DNA of 64,000 bases from Ylistrum balloti. Lineage: Eukaryota. The notes beneath the pieces were generated by a model. It did no database searches and was not told where the DNA came from. It saw nothing but the letters and a program-made list of their open reading frames with translations. Positions 50,130 through 62,410 of this stretch are shown piece after piece (the first letter of the stretch is position 1; each line of letters opens with the position of its first letter). The position numbers and the translations under genes were made by a program. The stretch lies in contig NW_026782326.1 of NCBI RefSeq assembly GCF_031769215.1, positions 779,432-843,431 on the forward strand, written 5' to 3'.

Positions 50130-50590
50130 ATAGAGATATCTTCTTGTTATAGTTTGTATAGAGAAATCTTAGTTACTTGTTACAGTTACCATAGATACAT
50201 CTTAGCTACTTCTTAGTTACAACAGAGATATTTTATCTACTTTTTATAGTTATCATATATATATCTAGGTTACTGGTTATAGTTACCATAGATACATCTT
50301 AGCTACTTCTTAGTTACAACAGAGATATTTTATCTACTTTTTATAGTTATCATATATATATCTAGGTTACTGGTTATAGTTACCATAGATACATATTAGC
50401 TACTTCTTAGTTACAACAGAGATATTTCATCTTCTTTTTATAGTTATCATATATATATCTAGGTTACTGGTTATAGTTACCATAGATACATCTTAGCTAC
50501 TTCTTAGTTACAACAGAGATATTTCATCTTTTTTTTATAGTTATCACATAGATATCTAGGTTACTGGTTATAGTTACTATAGATATATCG
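50130..50590. repeat. ~95-bp tandem repeat x ~4.5 (gttaccatagatacatcttagctacttcttagttacaacagagatatttt/catct.ctttttatagttatcatatatatatctaggttactggttata)
   Basis: direct periodicity. Confidence 0.85.
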
Positions 50591-50904
50591 TACAGTTAAG
50601 TATTGAAATTTTATCCATGTCTAAAATGTCAAAGATCAAGGACTGGTGTTATTTCATAAACCAATATGATTTGTCCATTGTTTGTAACATGATAAGTAGC
50701 AAAAGAAAAACTTCAGAGTAGCAGCATATATACACGTACATGTCAATATTCATCAGAAAAGATATCAGTTGTGTGGTAAAAAATAATATCATGAACCATC
50801 ATGTAAATGAATTACTAAACAGTTTTGAAGCAAAAAGAAATGTTCACAAGTATATGCTTCATGTATGAATTAAGATAAAATTTTTATGATGACATTGTCC
50901 CTAC

Positions 50905-51075
50905 CATTCTGAGTTTGGTAGATCCCAAGGCACTGTTGGCAAGCACAGGGTTATCCCATGTTGACATGTTGTAGGGATGGGAGGTATATCGTTGGTACAA
51001 CTGCTCATATCCACTGATGACTTCATTGGAAGTGTGCATGTACCAGGCTACAGGGGTGTCTTTGTTGTCACCAGT
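50905..51075 (-). CDS. PARP4-like: PARP4-like exon TGDNKDTPVAWYMHTSNEVISGYEQLYQRYTSHPYNMSTWDNPVLANSALGSTKLRM
   Basis: acceptor cttttacag| (51077-51076); donor ATG|gtaggg (50904-50903); phase 0/0. Confidence 0.55.
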
Positions 51076-51510
51076 CTGTAAAAGTGTAAAACACTGATAT
51101 ATATATATATGTAAACAATACCCTATACATTAATATACTCATTCTTTTGTGATAGATTTTTTTCAAATTAAATGAAAAAATACTGTTACCATTATGAACA
51201 CCAATGGTGAGCTAATTGTAATTTCTGTTTTGATTAAATATTACATAATTTCAACTTGTATACAATGCTGTTTCCTAATGATGTCTGTATAATGATTGCC
51301 GTCTTCAGCTTCATAACTACATAATGTAGAAAATATCATAAAACATATATATGTATCAGTTCTTTTGGTACTGCAAGTGATTCTAGCATAATGTAATTGA
51401 TGGTAGATGAACTGGCCATTCTATTTCATTTTGAAAGACTGTTAAATGTAACTACAGCCATTATCATCAAAACCAGTGGGCCGAGACCCATCAGTGTTGA
51501 CTAACCATAC

Positions 51511-51612
51511 CAATTCATCTGTCAGTGATCCGGTCTGGGAGTACAGCCTGAAGGGAAGATGAACATCACATTGACTTGCATGTATCTCCAGGATCTGGAC
51601 AGTGTCTTTGGA
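51511..51612 (-). CDS. PARP4-like: PARP4-like exon SKDTVQILEIHASQCDVHLPFRLYSQTGSLTDEL
   Basis: acceptor ctgtttttacag| ; donor TTG|gtatgg; phase 0/0. Confidence 0.55.
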
Positions 51613-51976
51613 CTGTAAAAACAGAACCCATGAAACAATTAATAACTTGACAACATCAGACACTGTCTCTCTAAGGTACAAATACACATGGTCATTGTAT
51701 GATTACAGTGTTGCTGATCCCCATCCAACTTCATCATCATTACAGTGGATTTCAACTTGTGATTATCCTTCCAGTATCTAAATACAGCATTGATATCAAC
51801 TTTCATCAGTTCATAATTTAGATAAATTATCAAACTTTAACCTTTAACAAACTTTAAGTCTGTTATGCAAAAATATATATCTTAATAGTTTTCTAAAGCT
51901 CTCATATTGTGCCATGCAGACTTGGAAATACAAAACAAAATTATGTAAAAACGATAACATGACACAGTTGACCTAC

Positions 51977-52119
51977 CTTAAGCACCACCCATTTGGCTAC
52001 TACATATTCTTGCTCATTGTACTCGGGACTATCAGGGTCCCCAAGGGGCCAGCACTCTGTACTGTTCAGGTTCAGATGTATCTTCTTTTTCTTCTTTTTT
52101 ACCATTCCCTGATGCACAG
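51977..52119 (-). CDS. PARP4-like: PARP4-like exon (..AVHQGMVKKKKKKIHLNLNSTECWPLGDPDSPEYNEQEYVVAKWVVLK)
   Basis: acceptor ttaacag| (52121-52120), donor AAG|gtaggt (51976-51975); phase 1 in, 0 out. Confidence 0.5.
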
Positions 52120-52525
52120 CTGTTAATTCCAAACCAAATTACAAATGTAAACAATCAAAATTAAAGTTATAGCGATGCCAGAGTACAAAAAAAATACAAA
52201 ATAGCTAGATAACATGTCATTTAATCTGCCTAAGGGAGCTAGGTAAGAACAGAAGTAAACTGACAAATTCAATTGTCAGATACCACAATGTTCATCAATA
52301 CTACCATCTAAAAACAACTGAAATTAATAAAGGTAAAAAAAAGGAATACAATCTAAATATTTACCAGGAACATATTTTGTTTAATTTAGATATCTAACCA
52401 TAAAGTTGTCATCATTTCAATGGAATTTGCTTTTGAAAATGAAAGAAATGATGAAATATTTGTATGCAAAGCAGTAAACTAACTGATGAGATCTATGTGA
52501 TAACTAACATAAAGAATTAAATTAC

Positions 52526-52730
52526 TTGTACTCAAGATTTTTCCTTTCTGAAAATTCTTGCCATCCATTGCCTCCCCAGCAAGGTAAGGGCTCATGGCGA
52601 GTTTCTGTTGCTGCTGCAGACTATCATCAATGAACTCTGCCCTTAGCACTGGCACTCCATTGCGTCTTGCCTGACGAACTTTGTAAGTAGTCTTCTCTAA
52701 CATGTCATTAAACAGAATCAAGCAGGATAT
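52526..52730 (-). CDS. PARP4-like: PARP4-like exon (BRCT C-half) ISCLILFNDMLEKTTYKVRQARRNGVPVLRAEFIDDSLQQQQKLAMSPYLAGEAMDGKNFQKGKILST
   Basis: acceptor tgattttcag| (52732-52731), phase 0; 3' end uncertain (donor either ACAA|gtaatt 52525 or TTGA|gtacaa 52531, both phase 1). Confidence 0.5.
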
Positions 52731-53468
52731 CTGAAAATCAAATACAAAAGGCCAATGTGAAAGGCTTAGAATTATGTTGAACACATAGAAAACTGTTGCA
52801 ACCCTGGTGAAATACTAGCCACCATATACGGTACCACTAGGCTAGTGAGAAAGCCTCTTTAATTCAATCAGTTAAGCATCAGAATAGTAAGCCAGAGGTC
52901 CAGGTCTTTGTAGGGTTTTAAGAATAATACTGACCATTACTATCATAAGCATTGCTGTAACCCCTGGAAACTCAGGGATGAGTTATTTTCTGGAGGAGAA
53001 GTATATATGTAACCCTGGTAAAAAACTGATCACAATATACCACTCGGCTAAAGAGAACTTCTCTTTAGCTCAACTAATTCAGCAGCTAACCTATAAACCA
53101 AAGGCCCTGGGTTTAAATCTTAAAGAAGGCATTGGATTAAATAATGACCACTGTAACACAATGTAGATTAAAACATTCTGACGTTTGAAAAAAGTATCCC
53201 AGCCTGATAACAATATGTTATATACTACAATATGTAGTTGATTACGCCAATAACAATACAAATACTTTTGATTTCTTTAAAAAAAATCATATATGCATCT
53301 TTATTATAGTACAGGTAATTTTGCCTCTAGGACACAACAGTAACTAAATGCATGAAAATTTCAGATCACTTAACCGTGTGTTTTGTTTCTTATAACAGAT
53401 GAGGCGCCTTTTCACCCATCAACACAGATACCATTCTAATCCCACATCTGTAGAATCTAATACTCTAC

Positions 53469-53603
53469 CTTCTTTGTGATGATATAAGACACAGTGCCAC
53501 CATTGTCCGTGATTTTCTTTCGCCACCTGGCTTTTTCCTTGAAGGGCATTGTAGAGTTGAACTCCAGCACAACAGTCAGACGTCTGAATATTTTGGAATT
53601 CAT
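53469..53603 (-). CDS. PARP4-like: PARP4-like exon 1 (start codon; BRCT N-half) MNSKIFRRLTVVLEFNSTMPFKEKARWRKKITDNGGTVSYIITKK
   Basis: ATG 53603-53601 in aaaccATGa context; donor AAG|gtagag at 53468-53467; BRCT pattern IF..L.V.L.......K..........NGG.V. Confidence 0.65.
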
Positions 53604-54254
53604 GGTTTTCTTCTCTGAAAGATTTTCTGGTTTGTAAACAATGAAAAGAAAATCACTAGACAATAAATACATGTGTCCATCTACAATGTTCATATTAATA
53701 TATGTAACTGTGAAATTTTAACATTTGAAATACAAACAGGGGAAAAGTTACAAATTCATTGTGTCCATTGCATTGTGTAATTCAACTTAAATAAGAATGC
53801 AATGCACCTCACATTGTAATAAGAAAGCTAAATGTAATAATTCTAACATTAAGCATTTCAATGAGTGATTCATTAAGACACGGTTAAAAATTTCTTGGTA
53901 TGACATAATTTAAATATTTTGAAACTGACTTTTATGAAAAGATGTTGGGCTTGTAACCTTACCTGGTATGAGTATCATCAATATACACACCTAGTAATTA
54001 TTAATGCTTTACAATTTCATCACTGATTCATTACAAATAATAATGAGAGTTCACTTGACACTCTCCGTTTTTCTCTTTGCTGCCTGCTAACTACACTGAT
54101 ATTTTTATCTGTATCAATATCCATATTATTTGCTTCACACCACTTTTTCAAATTAGAAATATCATTTTGATGACAAGATTCAATAACAGCACTGTTTTTG
54201 TCTGCTATAGGTATTGTTGTGTAGAAGAAGAGGGAAATACGTATTCCCATCAAA

Positions 54255-54330
54255 TGCCCTGACCAAGAATCGAACCTGCGTCTTGGCATGATAATCGACC
54301 GGCTCTACCAACTGAGCCAAAGAAGCGTGC
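54255..54330 (-). mobile_element. tRNA-like element / SINE head or tRNA pseudogene (..tggctcagttggtagagccggtcgattatcatgccaagacgcaggttcgattcttggtcagggca)
   Basis: canonical D-arm GCTCAGTTGGTAGAGC and T-loop GGTTCGATTC present but acceptor and anticodon stems do not pair, so not a functional tRNA; lies ~650 bp upstream of PARP4-like ATG. Confidence 0.4.
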
Positions 54331-55399
54331 TCCATCAGCTGAGTGACAGAGACCGGATTTTACACTATTGTATATCTAAACCACAGCGACCTGCTCCTTT
54401 TACTTGTAAAATACCATTTCCATACGATAGAAACATTAGTGGCACAAATTTAGGCCCGATGAGCTAAAAACAAATGGAATCGAAACTGAGAGAACAAGAA
54501 TCGACATGTTCAAATTTGCATATGAACAGGAAAAACTGTTGAAACCGAAAGTTGTTAATTTTATCTTGGACTCGTGCAAGTAGCCGTGCAAGTACTCGTG
54601 CAAGTACTATGCTAAAACATGATATACATATTATGTAATTCATCAATAAATTAATGAATGAAATGAACTCTTTACATCCATTTCAACAATAACGTCTGAC
54701 CTACGTCTATCTACATGTACCTTGCACTTCACATTTGGGAGGGCCGGTTTCTCTTCTGAAGTAACTCTCCGTCCACGTCGGCCACGAAACCCGGGACAAA
54801 TTGCTCTTTTCAAAGGTTGTCATATTGGCATATGGTCAAGATCTCTTCATACTGTCTGTTAGAACTCTGTTATTGTACTGTCATTATAAAACAAATTACA
54901 AAACCGCTTACTATGCCAATAAATATAGATATGACGGCTAGAGCAGACAACACCGGAAATAATAACAAACATTACTGCCATCTAGCGTTCAATTAGCTGG
55001 ATTACCAGGATTGCCTCCCTTAGACCATAAAATATTTTGAGATGACTAAAATTTTAAATCTTTTTTATAAATGCAATTATAATATGTAAATGAAAATTTT
55101 GTGAACAAACTTTCCCCAGTGACACGTAATTACTAATGTTGCTGAAAATTAACCTTTTTAGAATTATCTACATCTACATATGAACCATTTTTATTTTTAA
55201 AGATAGGGACATATGATACAGTCCCCGTTCAAAAAAGACGGTAAGCTATCAATTACACTCTCGGCGAAATTTGAAATCATTTTGATTTTCTTATCAAATC
55301 GTTAATCTGTAACAAAACTATTCCAATCAAATTTATCAAATAGTATTTCTTTATTACAGGCTGTTATTAGTATCCTTGCAAGATAAATCATCAATATTA

Positions 55400-56560
55400 A
55401 TTATTACTTCTAAACACCTTTCCAAAACAATTTATTAACATAGATTATAGGATATCAGCACCCTTCCAAGACAATTTATCAACATATATTACAGGGTATC
55501 AGCACCTTTCCAAGACAATTTATCAACATAATTTAAAAGGTATCAACACCCTACTAAGACAATTTATTAGCATAAATTACGGGGTATCAGTACTCTTTCA
55601 AGCCAATTTAGCAACAAAAATTACAGGGTATCAACACTTTTCGAAGATAATTTATCAACATAAATTACAGGGTATCAGTACTCTTCCAAGACAATTTATT
55701 AACAAAAATTACAGGGAATCAACACCCTTCCAAGACAATTTATCAACATAAATTACAGGGTATCAACACCTTTCGAAGACATTTGATCAAGATAAATTAC
55801 AGGGTATCAACACCCTACTAAGACAATTTATTAACATAAATTACGGGGTATCATCACCCCTCCAAGACAATTCATCAACATCAATTACAGGGTTTCAGTA
55901 CCTTACCAAGACAATTTATCAACTTAATTTATAAGGTATCAACACCCTTCGAAGACAATTTATCAACATCAATTACAGGGTATCAGTACCCTTCCAAGAC
56001 AATTTATCAAAATAATTTAAAAGGTATCAACACCCTTCCAAGACAATTTATCAAAATAAATTACAGGGAATCAGTACTCTTTCAAGACAATTTAGCAACA
56101 TAGACTACAGGGTATCAACACCCTTTCAAGACAATTTATCAAAATAATTTAAAAGGTATCAACACCCTTCCAAGACAATTTATTAACATAAATTTCAGGT
56201 TATCAGCAACAATCAAATACAATTTAATAACATAAATTATAGGGTATCAGTACTCTTCTAAGACTATTTAGCAACATAGATAATAGGGTATCAACACCCT
56301 TCAAATATGATTTATTAACATAAATTACAGGGTCTCAGCACCTTTCAAATGCATTTATCAGCATAAATTACATGGTATCAACACCCTTCAAATACAATTT
56401 ATTAACATAAATTATAGGGTCTCAGCACCTTTCAAATGCAATTATTAACATAAATTACAGGTAATCAACACTTTTCCAAGACGATTGATCAACATCAATT
56501 AAAGGGTATCAACACCTTACCAAGACAATTTATCAACATAAATTACAGGGAATCAGTACT
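55400..56560. repeat. satellite, ~46-bp unit (attacagggtatcaacacccttccaagacaatttatcaacataa), first block
   Basis: long diverged array. Confidence 0.9.
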
Positions 56561-57530
56561 CTGTTAATATAAATGACCTTGACCCACTTTCAAGGTCACA
56601 GGGGTCAATTATGTAAAAATCGTTAAATGGTAATTTCTCCATTGTTAAGCTGCCCAAAGTCTTCAACTTTGGACATAAATATTCTGTGGACATTTCCTGT
56701 TGATTGATATAAGAGAAACGTACCTCAAAATTCAACTTCCGATTTGCGGTACGGGGTCAAAGTTGAAAAGTGCTATTAAGGGTACCAATCTTTGAGAAAC
56801 TTCTTCTCAAGTTCTGAAAGGTCTAGAAGCTCTACATTTCACATATATGAAGCATATGTAACTGGCAACAAAGTTTGATAATAAAAATGACCTTGACCCA
56901 CTTTCAAGGTCAAAGAGGTCAATTAACTATGAATCCTTCAATGACAGATTCTCACTTTCTAGAAGGCACACAATGATGAAAATTGATTATAAACCTTCTG
57001 TGGACACTTCCTATTGATTGTCATAAGAAAAACTTCCCTAAAATTTCAACTTCCGGTTTTCGGTAGGGCACAAATTTGGAAAGAGCTATTTAGGGTACCA
57101 ATCTTTGAAAAAACTTCTTCTCAAGTTCTGGAAGGCCTAGAGGCTTGATATTTCATATACAAGAAGGATATCTGACTGGTAATGCAATTTGATAATATAA
57201 TTGACCTTGATTTACTTTCAAGGTCACAGGGGTAAATGATGTAAATATCGTTAAATGGTAATTTCTCAATTGTTAAGCTGCTAAAAGTCTTCAAGTTTGG
57301 ACATAAATATTCTGTGGATATTCTCTATCAACTGATACAAGGAAAACTTCCATCAAAATTCAACTTCCGTTTTTCGGTAGGGAACAAAGTTGAAAAGTGC
57401 TATTTAGAGCACCAAATTTTGACAAACCTCTTCTCAAGTTCTGAAAGGCCTAGAGGCTTGATATTTCACATATAAGAAGCATATTTAACTGGCAACAAAA
57501 ACAATAGGTCTTTTCACGAACTGGTGAAAA
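56560..57530. repeat. ~310-bp unit x3 tandem inserted into the 46-bp satellite (unit contains atgaccttgacccactttcaaggtcacaggggtcaatta...ttcaacttccg.tttt.cggta.gg..caaagttgaaaagtgctatt.agggtaccaatctttga.aaacttcttctcaagttctgaaaggcctagaggcttgatatttcacatataagaagcata)
   Basis: three collinear copies at ~56560, ~56880, ~57190; satellite resumes at 57540. Confidence 0.8.
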
Positions 57531-57539
57531 GACCTAATT

Positions 57540-59700
57540 ACAGGGTATCAGCATCCTTCAAATACATTTTATTAACATAAATTACAGGGTATCAGCATCC
57601 TTCAAATACATTTTATTAACATAAATTACAGGGTAACAACACTCTTCCAAGACAATTGATCAACATAAAGTAAAGGGTATCAACACCCATCCATCACAAT
57701 TTATAACATAAATCAGAGGGTATCAGCACCCCTTCAAGGCAATTTATCAACTTAAATTACAGGGTAACAGCACCCTTCAAATACAATTTATTAACATATA
57801 TTACAGGGTATCAATACCCTTCTAAGACAATTTATCAACAATTACAAACTATAAGCACTCTTCTCAGACAATTTATAATCATAAATTACAGGGTATAAGC
57901 ACCCTTCTAAGACAATTTATCAACATGAATTACATGTAATCAGCACACTCAAATACAATAATCAACATAAATTACAGGGTATCATCTTCCTTCAAATACA
58001 TTTTATCAAAATAAATTACAGGTAATCAACAGTTTTCCAAGACAATAAATCAACATCAATTAAAGGGTACAAACAGCCTACCAAGACAATTCATCAACAT
58101 AAATTACAGGGTAACAGCAACCTTCCATGACAATTTATTAACATAATTTACAGGATATCAACACCCTTCTAAGACAATTCATCAACATAAATTACAGGGT
58201 ATCAGCACCATTCCAGGACAATTTAGCAACATAGATTATAGGGTATCAATACCCTTCCAAGACAATTTATTAACATACATTACAGGATATCAACACCCTT
58301 CTAAGACAATTCATCAACATAAATTACAGGGTATCAGCACCATTCCAGGACAATTTAGCAACATAGATTATAGGGTATCAATACCCTTCCAAGACAATTT
58401 ATCAATATAATTTACAGGGAATCTACACCCTTCCATGACAATTTATTAACATAAATTACAGGGTCTCAGCACCCTTCCAGGACAATTTTTATTAACATAA
58501 ATTACAGGGTCTCAGCACCCTTCCAGGACAATTTATTAACATAAATTACAGGGTCTCAGCACCCTTCCAGGACAATTTATTAACATAAATTACAGGGTCT
58601 CAGCACCCTTCCATGACAATTATCAACTTAAATTACAGGGTATCAGCACCACTCCAAGACAATTTATTAATCTAAATTACAGGGAATCAACACAATTCCA
58701 AGAAAATTCATCAACGTAAATCATAGGGTATCATCACCCTTCAAATACAATTTATTAACATAAATTACAGGGTATCAATACCCTTCTAAGACAGTTTATT
58801 AAAATGAATTACAGGTAATCAACACTTTCCCAAGACAATTTATCAACATCAATTACAGGGTATCAACACCCTACCAAGACAATTTATCAACATAAATTAC
58901 AGGTAATCAACATTCTTCCAAGACATTTTATAACAGAAAGTTCATGGTAAAAAACATCCTTCCAAGACAATTTATAACATAAATTACAGGTTATCAACGC
59001 TTTTCCATGACATTTTATCAACATCAATTACAGTTTATTAACACCCTACCAAGATAATTGATCAACATAATTTAAAAGGCATCAACACTCTTCAAAGACA
59101 ATTATCAACATAAATTACAGGGTATCAACACCCTTCAAATACAATTTATTAACATAAATTACAGGGAATAAGCACCCTTCAAATACAATTTATTAACATA
59201 AATTACAGGTTATCAGCAACCTTCAAATGCAATTTATTAACATAAATTACAGGGTATCAACACCCTTCAAATACAATTTATTAACATAAATTACAGGGAA
59301 TAAGCACCCTTCAAATACAATTTAATAACATAAATTACAGGCAATCAAAACCCTTCAAATACAATTATCAACTGAAATTACAGGGTATCAACACTTTTCA
59401 AATACAATTTATTAACATAAATTACAGGGTATCAGCAGTTTTACAAGACAATTTATCGACATAAATCACAGGGTATCAACACAATTCCAAGACAATTTAT
59501 CGACATGAATTACAATGTATCAGTACCCTTCCAAGAAAATTGATCAATAGAAATTACATGGCATCAGTACTCTTCAATGACAATTTGTAACTTAAATTAG
59601 AGGGTATCAACACCCTTCCAAGGCAATTTATTAACATAAATTAAAGGGTATCAGTACCCTTCTAAGACAATTTATTATCATTAAAATCACTGGATATCAT
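57540..59700. repeat. satellite ~46-bp unit, second block
   Basis: same unit family as 55400-56560. Confidence 0.9.
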
Positions 59701-60045
59701 TACCTATGTAGGATAAGTTATCGTCATAAATTACTTGTTGTTAGCGCCTTTCCAAGATCTTTTAGTAACATAAATTACTTGTTGTTAGCGCCCTTCCAAG
59801 ATCTTTTAGTAACATAAATTACTTGTTGTTAGCGCCCTTCCAAGATCTTTTAGTAACATAAATTACTTGTTGTTAGCGCCCTTCCAAGATCTTTTAGTAA
59901 CATAAATTACTTGTTGTTAGCGCCTTTCCAAGATCTTTTAGTAACATAAATTACTTGTTGTTAGCGCCCTTCCAAGATCTTTTAGTAACATAAATTACTT
60001 GTTGTTAGCGCCCTTCCAAGATCTTTTAGTAACATAAATTACTGG
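59700..60045. repeat. 42-bp tandem repeat x8 (cataaattacttgttgttagcgcccttccaagatcttttagtaa), a variant of the satellite (shares cataaattac...cccttccaaga)
   Basis: perfect periodicity. Confidence 0.9.
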
Positions 60046-60749
60046 CTATTAATGCCCATTTAAGGCAATTGATGATGTTAAAAAAAAAAGATCGGCAAGC
60101 CTCGCACCGATACATTATTCATATAAGATTTATTCAATACATGAATTATTTCATCTCTTAACCAAACATAATATCCAGAATAGATAACATCAAATCCACC
60201 ATACAAATACAAGATCCAGTTTAAAATCAATGAGGTCAACAAGTAAATGGTTCATCCTACCTTTATAGTGTATGGAGTTCACAAAGACTAATATGACTTA
60301 TATGTACCTATATATATATTGAAACTATCAACAGCTCAGTGTCCAGTTCAATATATGAAAATAACAAAATCAGAAACACGATGTACATTTAAGTGTCAAT
60401 GTCTTGGTAAAGAAAAAAATACTACCGATCTTTATTATAAGCCAACAGATATCTCCATTTCGGTTCATGTCATCCTGGACACACGAAACGCGCAATTCCC
60501 TACAATTTGGCAAGAAGAATATGCACCATTGTCAGTGAGGAGGACACGCGGAAAGCGCGGCTACGAGAGTTACGAATTTTCCTCAAATTCCAACATTATC
60601 CAGTGAAAATAATAATAATAATGGAATAAAAAAGGCGACATCAATAAACCGAACAGAATGGCTTAAACCTCGGCAAAATGACAAAATAGAATCGTCCATT
60701 ATATCGTTAGTTACAACTCACAATCCGCGAAATCGCAATATATGCCAAA

Positions 60750-61161
60750 CAGTAAATAACTTAAGCAGCTTATTAAAGGAAGACCAACATATGAAAAAAA
60801 GTATTGGAAAATAAATAGTTTATCAATAGTAAAAAGGCAAGCCAAAAACTTAAAACGATTATCATGCAACTCGACCTTTGAAGAAGAAACTCGATACAAT
60901 GTTTCGAAATGCAAAGACCCACGATGCGGCACATGTAGTCATCTGAAAGAAGGACCATCATACCGTTTAAACGAAAGGGAATTTACTGTCAATGCCAATA
61001 TGACATGTGAATCTAAAAACTTAATTTATTTCATAACATGCCTGGGGTGTAGAGATTATTATATTGGAGAAACGAGCAACACCCGACAGGCTCGTGTGCG
61101 CGTACACAAGCAACACATTAATGTGCTGGAATATAGAAAAAATAAACAAAGCGAACATTAA
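60750..61161 (+). mobile_element. Penelope-like element (PLE) remnant: Zn-finger-like CX4-5CX2C + GIY-YIG endonuclease domain (..CKDPRCGTCSHL..NLIYFITCLGCRDYYIGETSNTRQARVRVHKQH..)
   Basis: open frame (no ATG required) ending TAA 61159-61161; GIY-YIG motifs IYFITC...YIGET...R...H in canonical spacing preceded by cysteine cluster as in PLE EN domains; no RT domain upstream (replaced by satellite). Confidence 0.45.
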
Positions 61162-61334
61162 GATACCTGTGGGAAAAAGAATATCAAAATATTTCTATTC
61201 TATAAATTATTTTCACAAAGTACTATCGAAAGAAAAGAAAAAGAAAAACATTTCATTAAGACTTTAAAGCCAAAATTAAACAGGCTACTGTAAGCACAAT
61301 TATCTCCCGTTTCAATGTATAATCAAGTCGTTGA

Positions 61335-61342
61335 TGACGTCA
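61335..61342. promoter_or_regulatory. palindromic CRE TGACGTCA
   Basis: exact octamer; followed by inverted repeat atgtaaagcg...(N30)...gctttacat at ~61368-61440. Confidence 0.3.
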
Positions 61343-62339
61343 TAGATTGTAACCATGTAGGCAACCATGTAAGCCTGACAGTACATGATGTAAAGCGTCT
61401 GAAGATTAATACATGAAAGCGCTCATGCTTTACATTTAAATGCACATCGTGTTTCTGATTATCATATATATATATATATACTCTCTGTGTCGTGATGGTA
61501 ACAATGCTATGTCGTGTTTTTAAAGAAGACTTTTTGAAGTGGAGACAGATAAACAATGCAGGGTTTCGAGAGATGCAGGTTGATAGAGATTACGGGGAAG
61601 TATTACTGTCGTCACACTGGTCTCTAGATCATTGTGTTAGACTATAAAAAACATGTGATGCTCATTGGTATGCTTGTTAATTTTGTGTATTTTTTTACCC
61701 TTTGTGTAAATCTTTCATTTGTTCATATTTTGCCATAGACTCGCTTTCGCCATCCAGGGTTGTCCTAGTAACTTTACAACCACGTGTTATGTAATTATAT
61801 CGTTTTGATTAATTCGAGAAATAAACAAGTTTTCCACGTAATGCGATGAATTTAATCGAAAAAAATCATGTTGTTTACACTTTACTTCAGATAATTGCCA
61901 CTTTTCGCTATATACATAAATCTTGCCTAACGAATTCTTGAAACACAAGAAATATTATTATATTTAATTCTACCAAGAGATATGACATAGAATGAAATAA
62001 TGATGAAATAAAAAAAATATGAATTTTAAATAAATGGATACAGAAAGGCCATTTCAGGGGTACTCGCTGAATCTGGAGACCTACATTAGTGTACCTCTAT
62101 ATAGCATAGGGAAGTACGTGGTGGGAGAACGTGTACCCAAAGTAATTATTATTTATCATAAATTCAAATCGATCTTTTTTGCAATTTTTGGTTTTAGCTG
62201 AATAACATATCAATAAAGTGTGTTTGAATACCAATGAATACAAGGTACAATAATCAGACCAAATAATTAAATAATGGTTCCACTGTAACAACCATTGACG
62301 AAAAACTACACACTGAAAAGTGTGTAAATTTTGGAGTTA

Positions 62340-62410
62340 TCACCTCGCGTCACAAACTATGGAACGTCACAATTCCTAGTACGTCATTGTCTTTTGTGAC
62401 GTCATGTTTA
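62340..62410 (+). promoter_or_regulatory. cluster of CRE/half-CRE sites (cgcgtcac, aacgtcac, tacgtcat, TGACGTCA at 62397-62404) in CpG-rich putative promoter/5'UTR
   Basis: four CGTCA-containing motifs within 65 bp immediately 5' of the 62489 ATG; local CpG density much higher than window average. Confidence 0.4.

Larger units (their letters stand above)
25336..53603 (-). other. PARP4-like: gene span: PARP4-like (vault-type poly(ADP-ribose) polymerase: BRCT-PARP reg/cat-VIT-vWA) with downstream in-phase Ubl exons; >=32 coding exons listed individually
   Basis: every listed exon has AG acceptor / GT donor and the splice phases chain without breaks from 53603 to 25336 (one A5 homopolymer exception noted at 38947-38951); a few junctions or exons may be missing. 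Confidence 0.7.

Noticed and set aside
54255-54330. Functional tRNA gene
   Set aside because: The acceptor stem (GCTTCTT vs TCAGGGC) and the anticodon stem cannot base-pair, despite perfect D- and T-arms. It was therefore called tRNA-like / SINE-derived instead.
60319-60606. ORF 60319-60606 (+) as part of the PLE
   Set aside because: No RT or EN motifs are recognisable and it is in a different frame from the GIY-YIG segment. It was left unannotated.
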